Shown here piece by piece: positions 8,770 to 18,626 of a stretch of DNA of 64,000 nt. The DNA is taken from positions 979 to 64,978 of the forward strand of contig CAZWPQ010000004.1 of NCBI GenBank assembly GCA_964636085.1, read 5' to 3'. The notes beneath the pieces are model-generated. The model saw nothing but the letters and a program-made list of their open reading frames with translations, was not told the origin of the DNA and ran no database searches. The position numbers were made by a program, and so were the translations under genes. This stretch comes from an uncultured Nitrososphaerota archaeon (lineage in GTDB: Archaea; Asgardarchaeota; Njordarchaeia; Njordarchaeales; Panguiarchaeaceae). Every line of letters starts with the position of its first letter. Position 1 is the stretch's first letter.

Positions 8770-9151
8770 AGAAACACCAATAGAAAAATGGAATTGTGGC
8801 TTTATAAAAGGATGACAAATTTTCCAATAGCACCCCTTAACCGCCAGTTGTAGACTTCTCTTACATTGTTAGGTAGCTAGTTTACCACGAGATCCTTGTA
8901 TATGGTTTTAAAGATTTGTGTCGAGATTATATCTAAAACCATGTATTTTTCATGGATGTTTTGGTGGTAAATCGAGAAAGGACATCTTAGAAATAATAAT
9001 TCAAGCTTCTATCTATGTTTGTATATAATAAAATATGTAAATGGTGTTTTTGGCCCAAGAACCCTCCCACTAATACTCCTTTTCTTATTTATATACTAGA
9101 GCTAGCGTTGATAGCTTGCATTAAGAACCCTTTACTAATAATGGTTAGGAT

Positions 9152-10192
9152 CTACGTTCTTATTGAATCATAGATAGCCCGTAGGAATAGTCCCACACCT
9201 AGTATAGCATCTCCAAACATAATCATCATAAACATAATAATACATACTGGTGGGGCCAGCACGAATATTGTTAATAACGCCATAAAGATAACTAGATATT
9301 TTTTCAGATCGGCAACCTCAAATGTTTCGGCAGTATCCATATAGTCAATATCATGTGTATCTGTATGCTTATCGCAATAGATCAGTAATAAAATTACTAC
9401 ATATAGCAGCAGTGTAAATATTATTGTTCCCAGACCGGGGATTCTTTCTGGCAATAAAAGTGGGAACATAATTCCATATAATAGAGCCAAGTAAAGCGAT
9501 ACAATAATCATTCCTTTTTTGCCAAGCAGTATATTGTTGATCTGTATACCAGTCTTCCTGCAGATTCTTATCAGTATTACTATTATCGCAATGCTTCCTA
9601 TTGCAGTTATATGGGATATTAATATGTTGAATGAAGAATTGAACGCCAGTATAGTAGCACCATTAAGCACAAAATAGTATGCCAGGAGCTTATTTTTTCT
9701 AGTTTTTCTCAGCAACCTATCGTGGGAAGGAACGGGGACACTTGGCTGACCATAACTAAGCGATAATATCTCTATCACCAATATAGGCAACATAAAGGAC
9801 ATTATTGGGTGCCAGAATAGCGCCACTAGAATAAACTCGAATACGGCGATTCCTAGGAATGTGCCTAATAGTGGTGACTCCCCTATAAATCCGCTCCATA
9901 GAACCTTTGTTATCCAGAACTCATAAAATCCAAACAATACGCCCCAGAGATATAGTGATCTCGGAGATAATCTATCGAATCTATATGCCAGATTAAAGAA
10001 AAATAACAAGTGCATTGTATACAGAGGAAAAGTAACTGTTAGGGCCCATAAATCCACAAACCAGAGGGGTGATGAACCAGCAAACACTTCGGCAAAGAAC
10101 ATAGACAAGCTCCCAGCCAAAAGAATTGACCTATAATGACCCGCTCGTAAAACTCTAAGGTCTGTTGAAGACAGTTTAAACACTTTTATCAC
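9152..10192 (-). CDS. Polytopic membrane protein, uncharacterised family (paralog of 10685..11605)
   Basis: 346 aa with 8 or more hydrophobic segments. By eye it shares blocks with the divergent 306-aa ORF: AE(V/L)..SS near the N-terminus, an aromatic 'Y(E/G)..I(T/E)' loop, and an H-containing helix. Confidence 0.55.
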   Translation of the reverse strand: MIKVFKLSSTDLRVLRAGHYRSILLAGSLSMFFAEVFAGSSPLWFVDLWALTVTFPLYTMHLLFFFNLAYRFDRLSPRSLYLWGVLFGFYEFWITKVLWSGFIGESPLLGTFLGIAVFEFILVALFWHPIMSFMLPILVIEILSLSYGQPSVPVPSHDRLLRKTRKNKLLAYYFVLNGATILAFNSSFNILISHITAIGSIAIIVILIRICRKTGIQINNILLGKKGMIIVSLYLALLYGIMFPLLLPERIPGLGTIIFTLLLYVVILLLIYCDKHTDTHDIDYMDTAETFEVADLKKYLVIFMALLTIFVLAPPVCIIMFMMIMFGDAILGVGLFLRAIYDSIRT

Positions 10193-10258
10193 ATTTCCTC
10201 CATCAAAATAAATATTAATTAATCAACCAAATCTAATAAAGACAATTTTTGTGATAAA

Positions 10259-10672
10259 TTGATAAGTATGTCAGATCAGAAAATCATTGTTAGAAGAGCA
10301 TGCATGTCCGATAGTAGTAAAATATGGCTATATCATCGTTTAAGCGATTTCTTTTATATTGTAGACATGAAATATGACGAATTCATGGATAGATTCGTTG
10401 ATAATGGACGTATGCTATATATGTTTTTCAGGGGTATTCTTTATGCATTAGGAGAGAATGACTTCAAAATCAGGTGGATATTGCGCTATAGAGAGAAGAA
10501 CGACGATTTCATTGGTTTTTACTGCTCCTATAACTCATCTAGTATTTCCTGCGGCACCATATACATAATACTTCTACTTTTTCCAAGAGAAATGATGTTT
10601 AAAGAAATACGGCGTATCCTAGCATCTAAGATCAATCTCATGCGAAAAATGTGGGTATACCTTCCACCCTGA
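10259..10672 (+). CDS. Hypothetical protein (weak ORF)
   Basis: 137-aa ORF between the two divergent membrane genes. No motif recognised and the composition is atypical. Confidence 0.25.
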   Translation: MISMSDQKIIVRRACMSDSSKIWLYHRLSDFFYIVDMKYDEFMDRFVDNGRMLYMFFRGILYALGENDFKIRWILRYREKNDDFIGFYCSYNSSSISCGTIYIILLLFPREMMFKEIRRILASKINLMRKMWVYLPP

Positions 10673-10684
10673 GGCGAAGAAAAT

Positions 10685-11605
10685 ATGCGGTCTGAGTCAA
10701 AGGCAATAATTTTCCTTATAGTATTCTCCCCCATCACAGCCGAGTTATTATCTAGCTCAATGACAATACCAGAAATAATTAATCCTATAAGTTTTATGTT
10801 CTTGGTTACTCTTTATGGATTCGGCGCACTAATCATAAGAGAGGCTTCACTACATACGGAGAATAGATGGGGATTCATAGTTTTTGCTGGAATGGCCTAT
10901 GGTGTGATCGAGGAGGGACTTGCATGTAAAAGCTTCTATAATCCAGAATGGCCAGACCTTGATGTTTTGGCATACTATGGGCGATATGCAGGGATAAACA
11001 CTGTATGGACTCTACACCTAATAATATTCCATTCTATAGTAAGCATAGCAATACCTATCGCCGTGACGGAAATGTGTTTTTCTGAATGCAGGGGAAGGAG
11101 ATTGACATCAAATAGAAGATTAGGGTTTTTTGGTGCTACATTTACATTAACAGTTATCATATTCAACGTGGTATTCCCATACGAACCATCGCTCACACAG
11201 TATATGTTCAGCTTCATTTTAATCGCCTTGTTCATATCTATAGGACTTATCATGCCACACAGAATGACCCTAAAAATCGGCTCGCCTAATAAAAAAATAC
11301 TGATGCTTCTGGGGGCCCTTTGGATGCTACTATTTTTCTTTACATTCTTTGGTCTTCCAAATTTGGGGGCCAGCCCTATACACACATTTATTATAGCCCT
11401 TACTCTAAATGTAGTATATCTACTGCTATTCTCCACTATTGATTGGAACTACTATACCGACCTAGACAAACTAGACATTGCTTTTTCTCCACTGTGGTTT
11501 CTAATATTACTTTGGCTTATATCCCTAAATCCAGAGAGAACAATAGTCGCTCTACTATTCGCTAGTATACATATAAAACTGAGGTCAATAATTAAGAGGA
11601 CATAG
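10685..11605 (+). CDS. Polytopic membrane protein, uncharacterised family (paralog of 9152..10192)
   Basis: 306 aa with multiple TM segments. See the paralog note for 9152..10192. Confidence 0.55.
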   Translation: MRSESKAIIFLIVFSPITAELLSSSMTIPEIINPISFMFLVTLYGFGALIIREASLHTENRWGFIVFAGMAYGVIEEGLACKSFYNPEWPDLDVLAYYGRYAGINTVWTLHLIIFHSIVSIAIPIAVTEMCFSECRGRRLTSNRRLGFFGATFTLTVIIFNVVFPYEPSLTQYMFSFILIALFISIGLIMPHRMTLKIGSPNKKILMLLGALWMLLFFFTFFGLPNLGASPIHTFIIALTLNVVYLLLFSTIDWNYYTDLDKLDIAFSPLWFLILLWLISLNPERTIVALLFASIHIKLRSIIKRT

Positions 11606-11611
11606 TAAAAT

Positions 11612-12036
11612 GTGAAAAATATTACAGGCAAGGAGCAAAAAATGGTGCCCAGTTCGACCATCGATTATCTAAGACGACTATTAGAAACCTATACACTAGT
11701 AATCGTTAAAGACAACAAGATAAAATTTCATTCAAAAGATAAAACAATTCGCCCAATAATGGATGCAGTAGATACCCTCAGAGATGAGCTTAGGAACGCG
11801 ATAGTGGCTGACAGAGTTGTTGGGAGGGCTGTTGTTCTAGTCATTGCGAATTACCCCCAGTTTTTATATATGCCAGGGTGCTGAGCAAGCCAGCACAGAG
11901 GGTTTTAGAGACATACAACATTGACTATACATACGAACACCTAGTAGAGAATATAACCACGTTTTCAGGAAAAATTTGCCCATTTGGACAAGCAGTTAGC
12001 AATATAGACGATCCATATACGCGCTCTTTATTCTGA
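11612..12036 (+). pseudogene. DUF1893-family protein, frameshifted at a C5 run
   Basis: Frame 0 ends '...ADRVVGRAVVLVIANYPQFLYMPGC*'. Shifting at ccccc (11854..11858) gives 'PPVFIYARVLSKPAQRVLETYNIDYTYEHLVENITTFSGKICPFGQAVSNIDDPYTRSLF*'. This resembles the DUF1893 C-terminal half (VYA.V.S.PA...L....I...Y..LV..I.......CP.E.AV). The span is 425 nt (3n-1). Confidence 0.6.
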
Positions 12037-12071
12037 GGAAAAAATTGGCACAAAATACCCCATCATAGTAC

Positions 12072-12749
12072 TTACTTATCCCCAATTCTCCTCCAAATGA
12101 GATAATAAATAACATTCGAGATATACCAGCCTATTAAGGCGCCCCAGATCACATCCGTTAGGTAATGGACGCCACAATATATCCTAGAGAAGCATATGAG
12201 GACAGCATATATGATCAGTATTGCCCTAAAAATCTTGGATCTTGTCTCTAGTACTATGGGTACTATTAGAGAAAACGCTGTACTGGAGTGGCCTGATGGA
12301 AAACTATAGTCCTTCGGTTCCCCGCATATCGAAACCACTCCAGAACATGCCTCATATGGTCTAGGACGCATAAATATGTTTTTCAAAGCATATACGATCC
12401 TATCCGATACAAGCCAACCAGTGTATGATATAAGCACTGCAACGTTATACCTAAATTTTCTGTCGTCTTTATAATATATAACCACATAAAGGCCCTCAAT
12501 GATGGCGAATATATAGTTCCCTAATAGCGTGAAGTAATAGAAAAACATATTTAGCGGCCCAATTCTATGTTCTACAACAATTCTCACTACTTCAGAATCT
12601 ATTTTAAGCAAAAAAGGCGTGGCCAGAACTATAGCTACTATTACAACTTCTCGTATATGCACACCCAATCTATCGCCCAAGCTTTTACATTCATCCATAT
12701 AGAGCACCAAAAAACCGAGTAAACATAAAAAGATCACAAAAGGGGACAA
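12072..12749 (-). CDS. PAP2-family (type 2 phosphatidic acid/undecaprenyl-PP-like) phosphatase, membrane-bound
   Basis: 225 aa. All three PAP2 motifs are present: 'KNIFMRPRP', 'PSGHS' and 'SRIYCGVHYLTD'. Confidence 0.85.
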   Translation of the reverse strand: MSPFVIFLCLLGFLVLYMDECKSLGDRLGVHIREVVIVAIVLATPFLLKIDSEVVRIVVEHRIGPLNMFFYYFTLLGNYIFAIIEGLYVVIYYKDDRKFRYNVAVLISYTGWLVSDRIVYALKNIFMRPRPYEACSGVVSICGEPKDYSFPSGHSSTAFSLIVPIVLETRSKIFRAILIIYAVLICFSRIYCGVHYLTDVIWGALIGWYISNVIYYLIWRRIGDK

Positions 12750-14791
12750 GATATTAGTGGCCTTAGACGCGCTGTCAGGTAGTATGTGTAGAGACTCATA
12801 TCAAATATTCTATTTATTATTTTCTCTCTGAGGCCAACATATGTGTCATAATCTATTGTGTCCTCATACTCTTCCAAAAGTTTTAATGCATCTTCATAAT
12901 TCCCCATATACATGAGATAATATACCAATGCTATACATATAACATCATCATCACCAACAAAATCGGCTATTCTCTCGCCAATTTCTTGGGCAATATCGCG
13001 TCTGTTAGTCATTATGGCTGCATAGAGTGTATTTACCATCCATATTTTCTCACTTATCTCTGGACAGCGACGCAACCTAAGGAGTATGTTGAGGGCCTCT
13101 TCATAGTTTTCATCTTCTAGACAAATTACCGAATAATAATAATCTATTATTGTATTACTATAATTCGTATAGAGTTCAGCAATAATCTCTCTATAGTGTC
13201 TTGGACACGATATTATTATCGTATCCATTAGTAAAGTTTGCATTTTTGTGTCCTTATCTATTGATCTCCATACGTAGGAATACATGCAATTACAAATTTT
13301 CTCCATAAGACAAATGATAATGAATGCTTCTTTTGGATCATTTGTTGTTATACTATCCGATAACCTACTCATTATTTTTTTCGCTTCTTTTTCATCCCCC
13401 TGCTTTTGCCTTATGTATGCCTCTAGAACAAGCTTATATACAATGTCTGGCAATCCTTCAAGAAGACTTAATGCAGTATCGTATTCTCCACTTAAAACTA
13501 GGGCACGTGCATAGTCAAGCAATGCCTTTTGCCACCTGACTTCTCTGTCGACAAGCAACTTGTAGTACTTAATCGCTGACTCTAGGTTACCTATTAGTTC
13601 CTCCACATTCCCCATCAGCAAAATCGCATGATCAAATATATCGCTGTTAGGATCCAAATACTTCTCAAGAATCGATATGAGCTTGTTAGCTATACTAATA
13701 TTGCCATTTCTGAAATTTATGTCGGCCATTATATACAAGAAGTAGCCCTTTAGGTAATTGCTTGGAATGTCCTCTAAAGCGCCTAGGTAATGTTCTATAC
13801 TAATATCCCGCAACTTTTTCCTTTCTTTAGGATAGTTAGATACTACTTCATATATGGTCACAAGTATTTGTCTTATCGTTCCTGAGACGTCCAGAAGTTC
13901 GAGCGATTCCGGAATCTCTTGGATCCGCCTTTGACAATTATAGTATATAGACGACCACAAATAATCCAGGTTCTCTAGGATATTATAGAGGGTTATTGCC
14001 CTCCATATTGCGCATCTAGGGATGTTTATACATACATCGCCATAGAATCTCAATTTCGCGAGAATATACACCGCCTCTAGGCGCTTGGTTTTTTCTAGGT
14101 TCTTGTAATCCCCAATCACTAGTGCATCGAATAGATCAATAAAACTACCCAGATGTCTCTTCAAGGCATCAGTATTTAAGGCTTGAATATATCCACACAA
14201 GAGTTTAGAGAATAAATCTGTATCTGTGTGGTATATTGCTAGAAAAATAACGTCTGGTGCATCTAGTTCTATATTCTTATTGATTATATAGTTGTAGAAG
14301 TATTCTTCTAAATGTTCCATATTTGTTTTGAATAGTTTGATTATCTGTTCTAAAAATATTGAGTGTTTCTTTCTACAGAGCTTGATAACTATTGGGATAG
14401 CTTCTTTATTCATTGTTTGTATTACTGCAAGAAAAGCAAGATGTGCTAATACAGCGTCATTTTTTTCGATTATTCTGGGGAACGCCTCCAGGATTTCCAC
14501 GGCATATTTCTTCGCGAGCTTTTCCGCGAACATATCAAAAATCTCGAACGCTTCCTCATTTTCCCCATATGTCCCAGCTATCCCCTCCATTATGTAGCAT
14601 AAATCCTCGAATGAAATCTTATCAATGGGTATAAGCGGCAAACTATAACCATTTTTCTCAAAGACATCATACAGTTTCAAATAGAGCCAAGCTTGCTGGT
14701 CATTGGAAATAACTATACCATGCTTCCTTTGTAGATGTCTTCTTGGAGACTTAAACAACTGGCCACATATTGGGCATCTCAAAAATATCAC
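12734..14791 (-). CDS. C2H2 zinc-finger plus all-alpha TPR-like repeat protein
   Basis: 685 aa. The N-terminus 'CPICGQLFKSPRRHLQRKH' is a Cx2Cx9Hx4H finger. The rest is helical-repeat sequence with TPR-like 'Y..A...Y...G.Y..A' spacing. Its end overlaps the PAP2 start by 16 nt. Confidence 0.6.
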   Translation of the reverse strand: MIFLRCPICGQLFKSPRRHLQRKHGIVISNDQQAWLYLKLYDVFEKNGYSLPLIPIDKISFEDLCYIMEGIAGTYGENEEAFEIFDMFAEKLAKKYAVEILEAFPRIIEKNDAVLAHLAFLAVIQTMNKEAIPIVIKLCRKKHSIFLEQIIKLFKTNMEHLEEYFYNYIINKNIELDAPDVIFLAIYHTDTDLFSKLLCGYIQALNTDALKRHLGSFIDLFDALVIGDYKNLEKTKRLEAVYILAKLRFYGDVCINIPRCAIWRAITLYNILENLDYLWSSIYYNCQRRIQEIPESLELLDVSGTIRQILVTIYEVVSNYPKERKKLRDISIEHYLGALEDIPSNYLKGYFLYIMADINFRNGNISIANKLISILEKYLDPNSDIFDHAILLMGNVEELIGNLESAIKYYKLLVDREVRWQKALLDYARALVLSGEYDTALSLLEGLPDIVYKLVLEAYIRQKQGDEKEAKKIMSRLSDSITTNDPKEAFIIICLMEKICNCMYSYVWRSIDKDTKMQTLLMDTIIISCPRHYREIIAELYTNYSNTIIDYYYSVICLEDENYEEALNILLRLRRCPEISEKIWMVNTLYAAIMTNRRDIAQEIGERIADFVGDDDVICIALVYYLMYMGNYEDALKLLEEYEDTIDYDTYVGLREKIINRIFDMSLYTYYLTARLRPLISCPLL

Positions 14792-14801
14792 CTTGGTATT
14801 T

Positions 14802-15251
14802 TTATGTGAGTAATGAATCTATAGAGGGCCGCCCTCCCTTAAACAGTTCTGGATTTAGTTTCCTAGCTATTTCTTCGAGCCTGTCTATGATCTCCCTCCT
14901 GAACCCGATATATATTCCGCCTTCCTTAACCCCTACATATCCCCCGCTTCTTTTTCCTTTTCCAATTAATGATATACCAGTTATCCTTAGTTTTCGGCAT
15001 TCAATACCATTAATCCTCAGTTTCTTCATTAGTATTATCGTCACGCCATCAAGTCTACCAATAATAACCGCTGGAACCTTAGTATTTTTTGGATATGCCT
15101 CTATCTCTTCAATATCTAGATGCGTAACTCTAGCTCTTAAGTATCCCTTCACATGTATATATGCCGTACAGGCGACCCTTACATCCTCCACATAGAAATC
15201 GACTTTTATCGGTATCTTCCCCTCTCCAGGCCCAGTCATTAATATCATCAA
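14802..15251 (-). CDS. Hypothetical protein (operon partner of the WD40 and TPR genes)
   Basis: 149-aa ORF, 13 nt after the WD40 stop and 10 nt before the TPR start. No motif recognised. Confidence 0.5.
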   Translation of the reverse strand: MMILMTGPGEGKIPIKVDFYVEDVRVACTAYIHVKGYLRARVTHLDIEEIEAYPKNTKVPAVIIGRLDGVTIILMKKLRINGIECRKLRITGISLIGKGKRSGGYVGVKEGGIYIGFRREIIDRLEEIARKLNPELFKGGRPSIDSLLT

Positions 15252-15264
15252 AAAATAATAAAAG

Positions 15265-16152
15265 CTATGAAAAAGTCCAAATGATTATATTGTTGTCTTC
15301 CCCCCCACTAACTATGTATTTACCATCAGGACTCCAATCCACAGAATAAGCCTGACCATCATGCCCAACAAACTTATTCACAAGTTCCCAACTGCCCGTA
15401 TCCCAGACCCTTATGGATCCATCCTCACAAGCACCAACAATATATTTACCGTCTGGGCTCCATCTTAAGTCATTGACGATCGCCTCAGTTCTAAAGACTT
15501 TCACAGTCCTCCATACACCGAACATCCATATCCTTATTGTCTTATCGTTACTACTACTGGCTATGAGATTTCCAGTAGGGTTAAAGTCCACTGATTTTAC
15601 CTTGTCTATATGCCCCCTCAAAGTCCATATCATGCTCCATTTCTCCGCATTCCAAAGTATCACATTCTTATCTTCACCACAGCTAGCTATTACCTTTCCA
15701 TCGCTTCTCCAACATATATCTAGGACCCCTCCTTCATGGCCACGGAGAACCATTACACAATCACCTGAGGATAAATCCCATATCCTTATCGCCCTATCTA
15801 TTGAGCTACTTGCTAAGAGTTTTCCATCGGGACTATATACAACTGATGTTATTTTATCCGTGTTTCCTTTTAACTGCCTATACAGATAACCCGTGTGTGT
15901 CTCCCAGAAATAAATGGTTAAATCCTCTCCTCCACACCCCACATATCTTGTGTCAGGGGACCATACGACGCACGTTAAGGTTTTTTGAGGCCCCCCAAGT
16001 ATCCTATATTGTTTGCCCTCTTCGACATCCCAGAGCATTAGGTATTTGTCTTCTCCACCAGACGCAACATATTTCCCATCTGGAGACCATCTAACGCATG
16101 TAACACTTTTTGAGTGATGGCCCAGAATCCTAAGACTCTGCTCCTCTTCCAT
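15265..16152 (-). CDS. Seven-bladed WD40 repeat protein
   Basis: 295 aa. Seven repeats have GH...SPDGK...(S/G)GGEDxxIxxW(D/E) periodicity (LMLWD, IYFWE, IRIWD, VILWN, IRIWM, IRVWD, IIIWT). Confidence 0.9.
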   Translation of the reverse strand: MEEEQSLRILGHHSKSVTCVRWSPDGKYVASGGEDKYLMLWDVEEGKQYRILGGPQKTLTCVVWSPDTRYVGCGGEDLTIYFWETHTGYLYRQLKGNTDKITSVVYSPDGKLLASSSIDRAIRIWDLSSGDCVMVLRGHEGGVLDICWRSDGKVIASCGEDKNVILWNAEKWSMIWTLRGHIDKVKSVDFNPTGNLIASSSNDKTIRIWMFGVWRTVKVFRTEAIVNDLRWSPDGKYIVGACEDGSIRVWDTGSWELVNKFVGHDGQAYSVDWSPDGKYIVSGGEDNNIIIWTFS

Positions 16153-16218
16153 AGCGAAGCACCGAAGATTATAACTAAAAAAACTATTTAAGATAATTGT
16201 TCAATAATTGACAGAACC

Positions 16219-17397
16219 TTATTCCTCGTATGCACCGCCTAGGATTCTACTAGCTACAGTTATTATTCCAAAAGTTGTTGATGATAATACCATCGCGAAC
16301 ATTGGCGATGAAACATTAATTATATGAGTATCGGCCACGTACCCACCTATGACGGAAAGAGAGGCCGCTATGACTCTCCCCATAGCTATACCCGCGCCGA
16401 ATCCACTTGCACCAACTGCTCTCATGTTCTCACTCTTATCCACTGCTGTAGAAAGTTGTGGTGCGAAGAGGAAGCTAGATAGTAGGCTATATATAATGAA
16501 ACACAACGAGCCAATTATTATAAGTTTTTCTGCAGAGGCATATGCAAAAAGCGATAAAAATATCAGAGACATCATGTTTATTACATGTCTATGATTGACG
16601 ACATGGCTATAGAGGAAACCTCCAACATACTGCATTATTGCTGACATCAATGGTAAGGATGTCAATAGTAGACCCACATATGTTGGTGAAACTCCCGATT
16701 CAAGTAATAATATTGGTGCATACATGTTTACTATTGGGATCATAGCAATAATATTAGAATTCGTCAGAATGTCTTTCATGTTCCTTCTTATTATAGCTAT
16801 AGCACTGGATTGCTCAAAATATTTCTTCCCTTGGGCCGAAGTTATAAATATGGAAACAAATGTCGCCAAGATACATATTATAGATGCCGCCAGAAATACA
16901 AAAAACATACCATAGTGCTCGTATAAATATCCACTAAGCGCTGTACCCATAAGTGCACCAATATACGAAAAGGCCAATATATGGCCTATACTGAGCGCTA
17001 TCCTCTCTGGATGAATATAACTGGAGAATGCTAGAAATGCAGACCAAAACATCGCTATGCCCATACTCAAAATTATTGTAGAAAATATTATATCTACAAC
17101 ATTTCTAGACATAGAAATCAATATAAAAGATAATGAATAAAGCAGGGGGGCTGTGCAAAAGAATTTTTTGTGTCCATATTTCTCAGCATAAATACCAGAT
17201 ATAGGTCTTATGACGACTTGAAAACAATTACCAATCAGCATAGGTAGTATTATTACTCCCTTACCTAGACCTACACTAGCCATCTTTACTGGCAAGGATA
17301 CTTTTGTAAGATTGTATGAGAACGGCACCAATACGCTGACTATCGTAGCTAGAATCGCATCCCTCCTTGTTATTCTCTCTATTACTATCCCCAACAA
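16219..17397 (-). CDS. MFS transporter
   Basis: 392 aa with about 12 TM segments. 'GIYAEKYGHKKFF' is a loop 2-3 MFS motif-A-like sequence. It starts 18 nt after the hydrogenase large-subunit stop. Confidence 0.75.
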   Translation of the reverse strand: MLGIVIERITRRDAILATIVSVLVPFSYNLTKVSLPVKMASVGLGKGVIILPMLIGNCFQVVIRPISGIYAEKYGHKKFFCTAPLLYSLSFILISMSRNVVDIIFSTIILSMGIAMFWSAFLAFSSYIHPERIALSIGHILAFSYIGALMGTALSGYLYEHYGMFFVFLAASIICILATFVSIFITSAQGKKYFEQSSAIAIIRRNMKDILTNSNIIAMIPIVNMYAPILLLESGVSPTYVGLLLTSLPLMSAIMQYVGGFLYSHVVNHRHVINMMSLIFLSLFAYASAEKLIIIGSLCFIIYSLLSSFLFAPQLSTAVDKSENMRAVGASGFGAGIAMGRVIAASLSVIGGYVADTHIINVSSPMFAMVLSSTTFGIITVASRILGGAYEE

Positions 17398-17415
17398 AAA
17401 GAAGTATTGAGAAAA

Positions 17416-18624
17416 CTAGTATACCCTCTCATCCTTCAGCCAGTGCAGGTTCTTCATGAACCATTTCCTAGAGTAATGAAGTAGTCTTGACCAACTCATC
17501 TTTTCTTTTTTCTTCCCATCATCAATTATTAGTGTTCTCTCCATACATGCAATACATGGATCAATAGAGGCGAATGTGACTGGTACATCGGCTATATATT
17601 CGCCTTTCGCCATATATGCGACTGCCAGTATGTTAGCTAGTGTAGGGGTTCTTATTTTTACACGATAGGGAGTAAGGCCGCCATCGGACTTATAGTAGTA
17701 GAAAAGTTCGCCTCGCGGAGCCTCTTGGCGGGAGATAGCCTCACCCTCAGGTGGCTTCTTTGTTGGAGGAAACTTTATTTCTATATCTCCAGCTGGTAAA
17801 TTTTCAGCAATATGCTCTATGATATCTGCTGCCACCTCGATTTCCTCTAGCCTGACTAGTACCTTGGCCATGGCGTCGCATTCTTTTGAAGTAACTATTC
17901 TAAATCCGATATCAGGGCCATACCCCCAATATCTATCCTCATACCTAACATCCTTCATTACACCAGAGGCTCTCGTGGTAGGACCCACAGTACCAAGATT
18001 AATGGCTACATTATATGGGAGAACACTAACATTTCTAAACCTAGCCTGTAATGTTGGGTCCTCTAGGAATATTTTCTTATAGTACGCTACTCTCTCTTTG
18101 AAGAATTTAGCATAGTCCTTTAGCTTCTTTCTATATGAGTCATCCAAATCCTTACGAACTCCACCTACCTTACCAACACTATACACGACTCTTCTACCCC
18201 CCAATTCCTCTAGAAGGTCTAGGGATTTTTCACGATCTCTCCATGTATACATGAATATTGTATCAAACCCAGCCTCATGTGCAGCCACTCCTACCCACAA
18301 TAGATGGCTATGTATTCTCTCCAACTCTAGTGTTAATATACGTATCCAAAGCGCCCTTTCTGGAATTTTATCTTCAATATCAAATATTCTTTCGATGCCC
18401 ATTATTGAGGTCATTTGATGTACGCCAGAACATATTCCACATACATGCTCAGCGATAAATGGAACACTTACCCATAGTTTCTTTTCTAGGAGCTTCTCTA
18501 TGCCTCTATGATTATAGCCAAAGTCTATTTCTGCGTCTATTATTCTCTCGCCTTCTATTTTTATTTTGATTGTAAGGGGCTCCTTAAATGCTGGATGATA
18601 GGGGCCTAGGGGGACATAACCCAT
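17416..18624 (-). CDS. Group-4 [NiFe]-hydrogenase large subunit (NuoD/EchE/MbhL-like)
   Basis: 402 aa. The N-terminal Ni-Fe motif 'CGICSGVH' and the C-terminal 'DPCIACMER' are both intact. A 'GYNHRGIEK' NuoD-like block is present. About 39 residues follow the last Cys motif. Confidence 0.85.
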   Translation of the reverse strand: MGYVPLGPYHPAFKEPLTIKIKIEGERIIDAEIDFGYNHRGIEKLLEKKLWVSVPFIAEHVCGICSGVHQMTSIMGIERIFDIEDKIPERALWIRILTLELERIHSHLLWVGVAAHEAGFDTIFMYTWRDREKSLDLLEELGGRRVVYSVGKVGGVRKDLDDSYRKKLKDYAKFFKERVAYYKKIFLEDPTLQARFRNVSVLPYNVAINLGTVGPTTRASGVMKDVRYEDRYWGYGPDIGFRIVTSKECDAMAKVLVRLEEIEVAADIIEHIAENLPAGDIEIKFPPTKKPPEGEAISRQEAPRGELFYYYKSDGGLTPYRVKIRTPTLANILAVAYMAKGEYIADVPVTFASIDPCIACMERTLIIDDGKKKEKMSWSRLLHYSRKWFMKNLHWLKDERVY

Positions 18625-18626
18625 AT

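Noticed and set aside
1-9000. Idea that the TA-rich left end is an integrated mobile element.
   Set aside because: No integrase, transposase, tRNA target or flanking direct repeats were visible. TA clustering alone does not demonstrate mobility.
9057-9142. Imperfect ~20-nt direct repeat ('aagaaccctcccactaatact' and 'aagaaccctttactaataat') 66 nt apart, just downstream of the 9152..10192 gene.
   Set aside because: There are only two copies, they are imperfect, and no spacer/repeat periodicity or flanking mobile-element genes are present. The evidence is insufficient for a CRISPR, att site or MITE.
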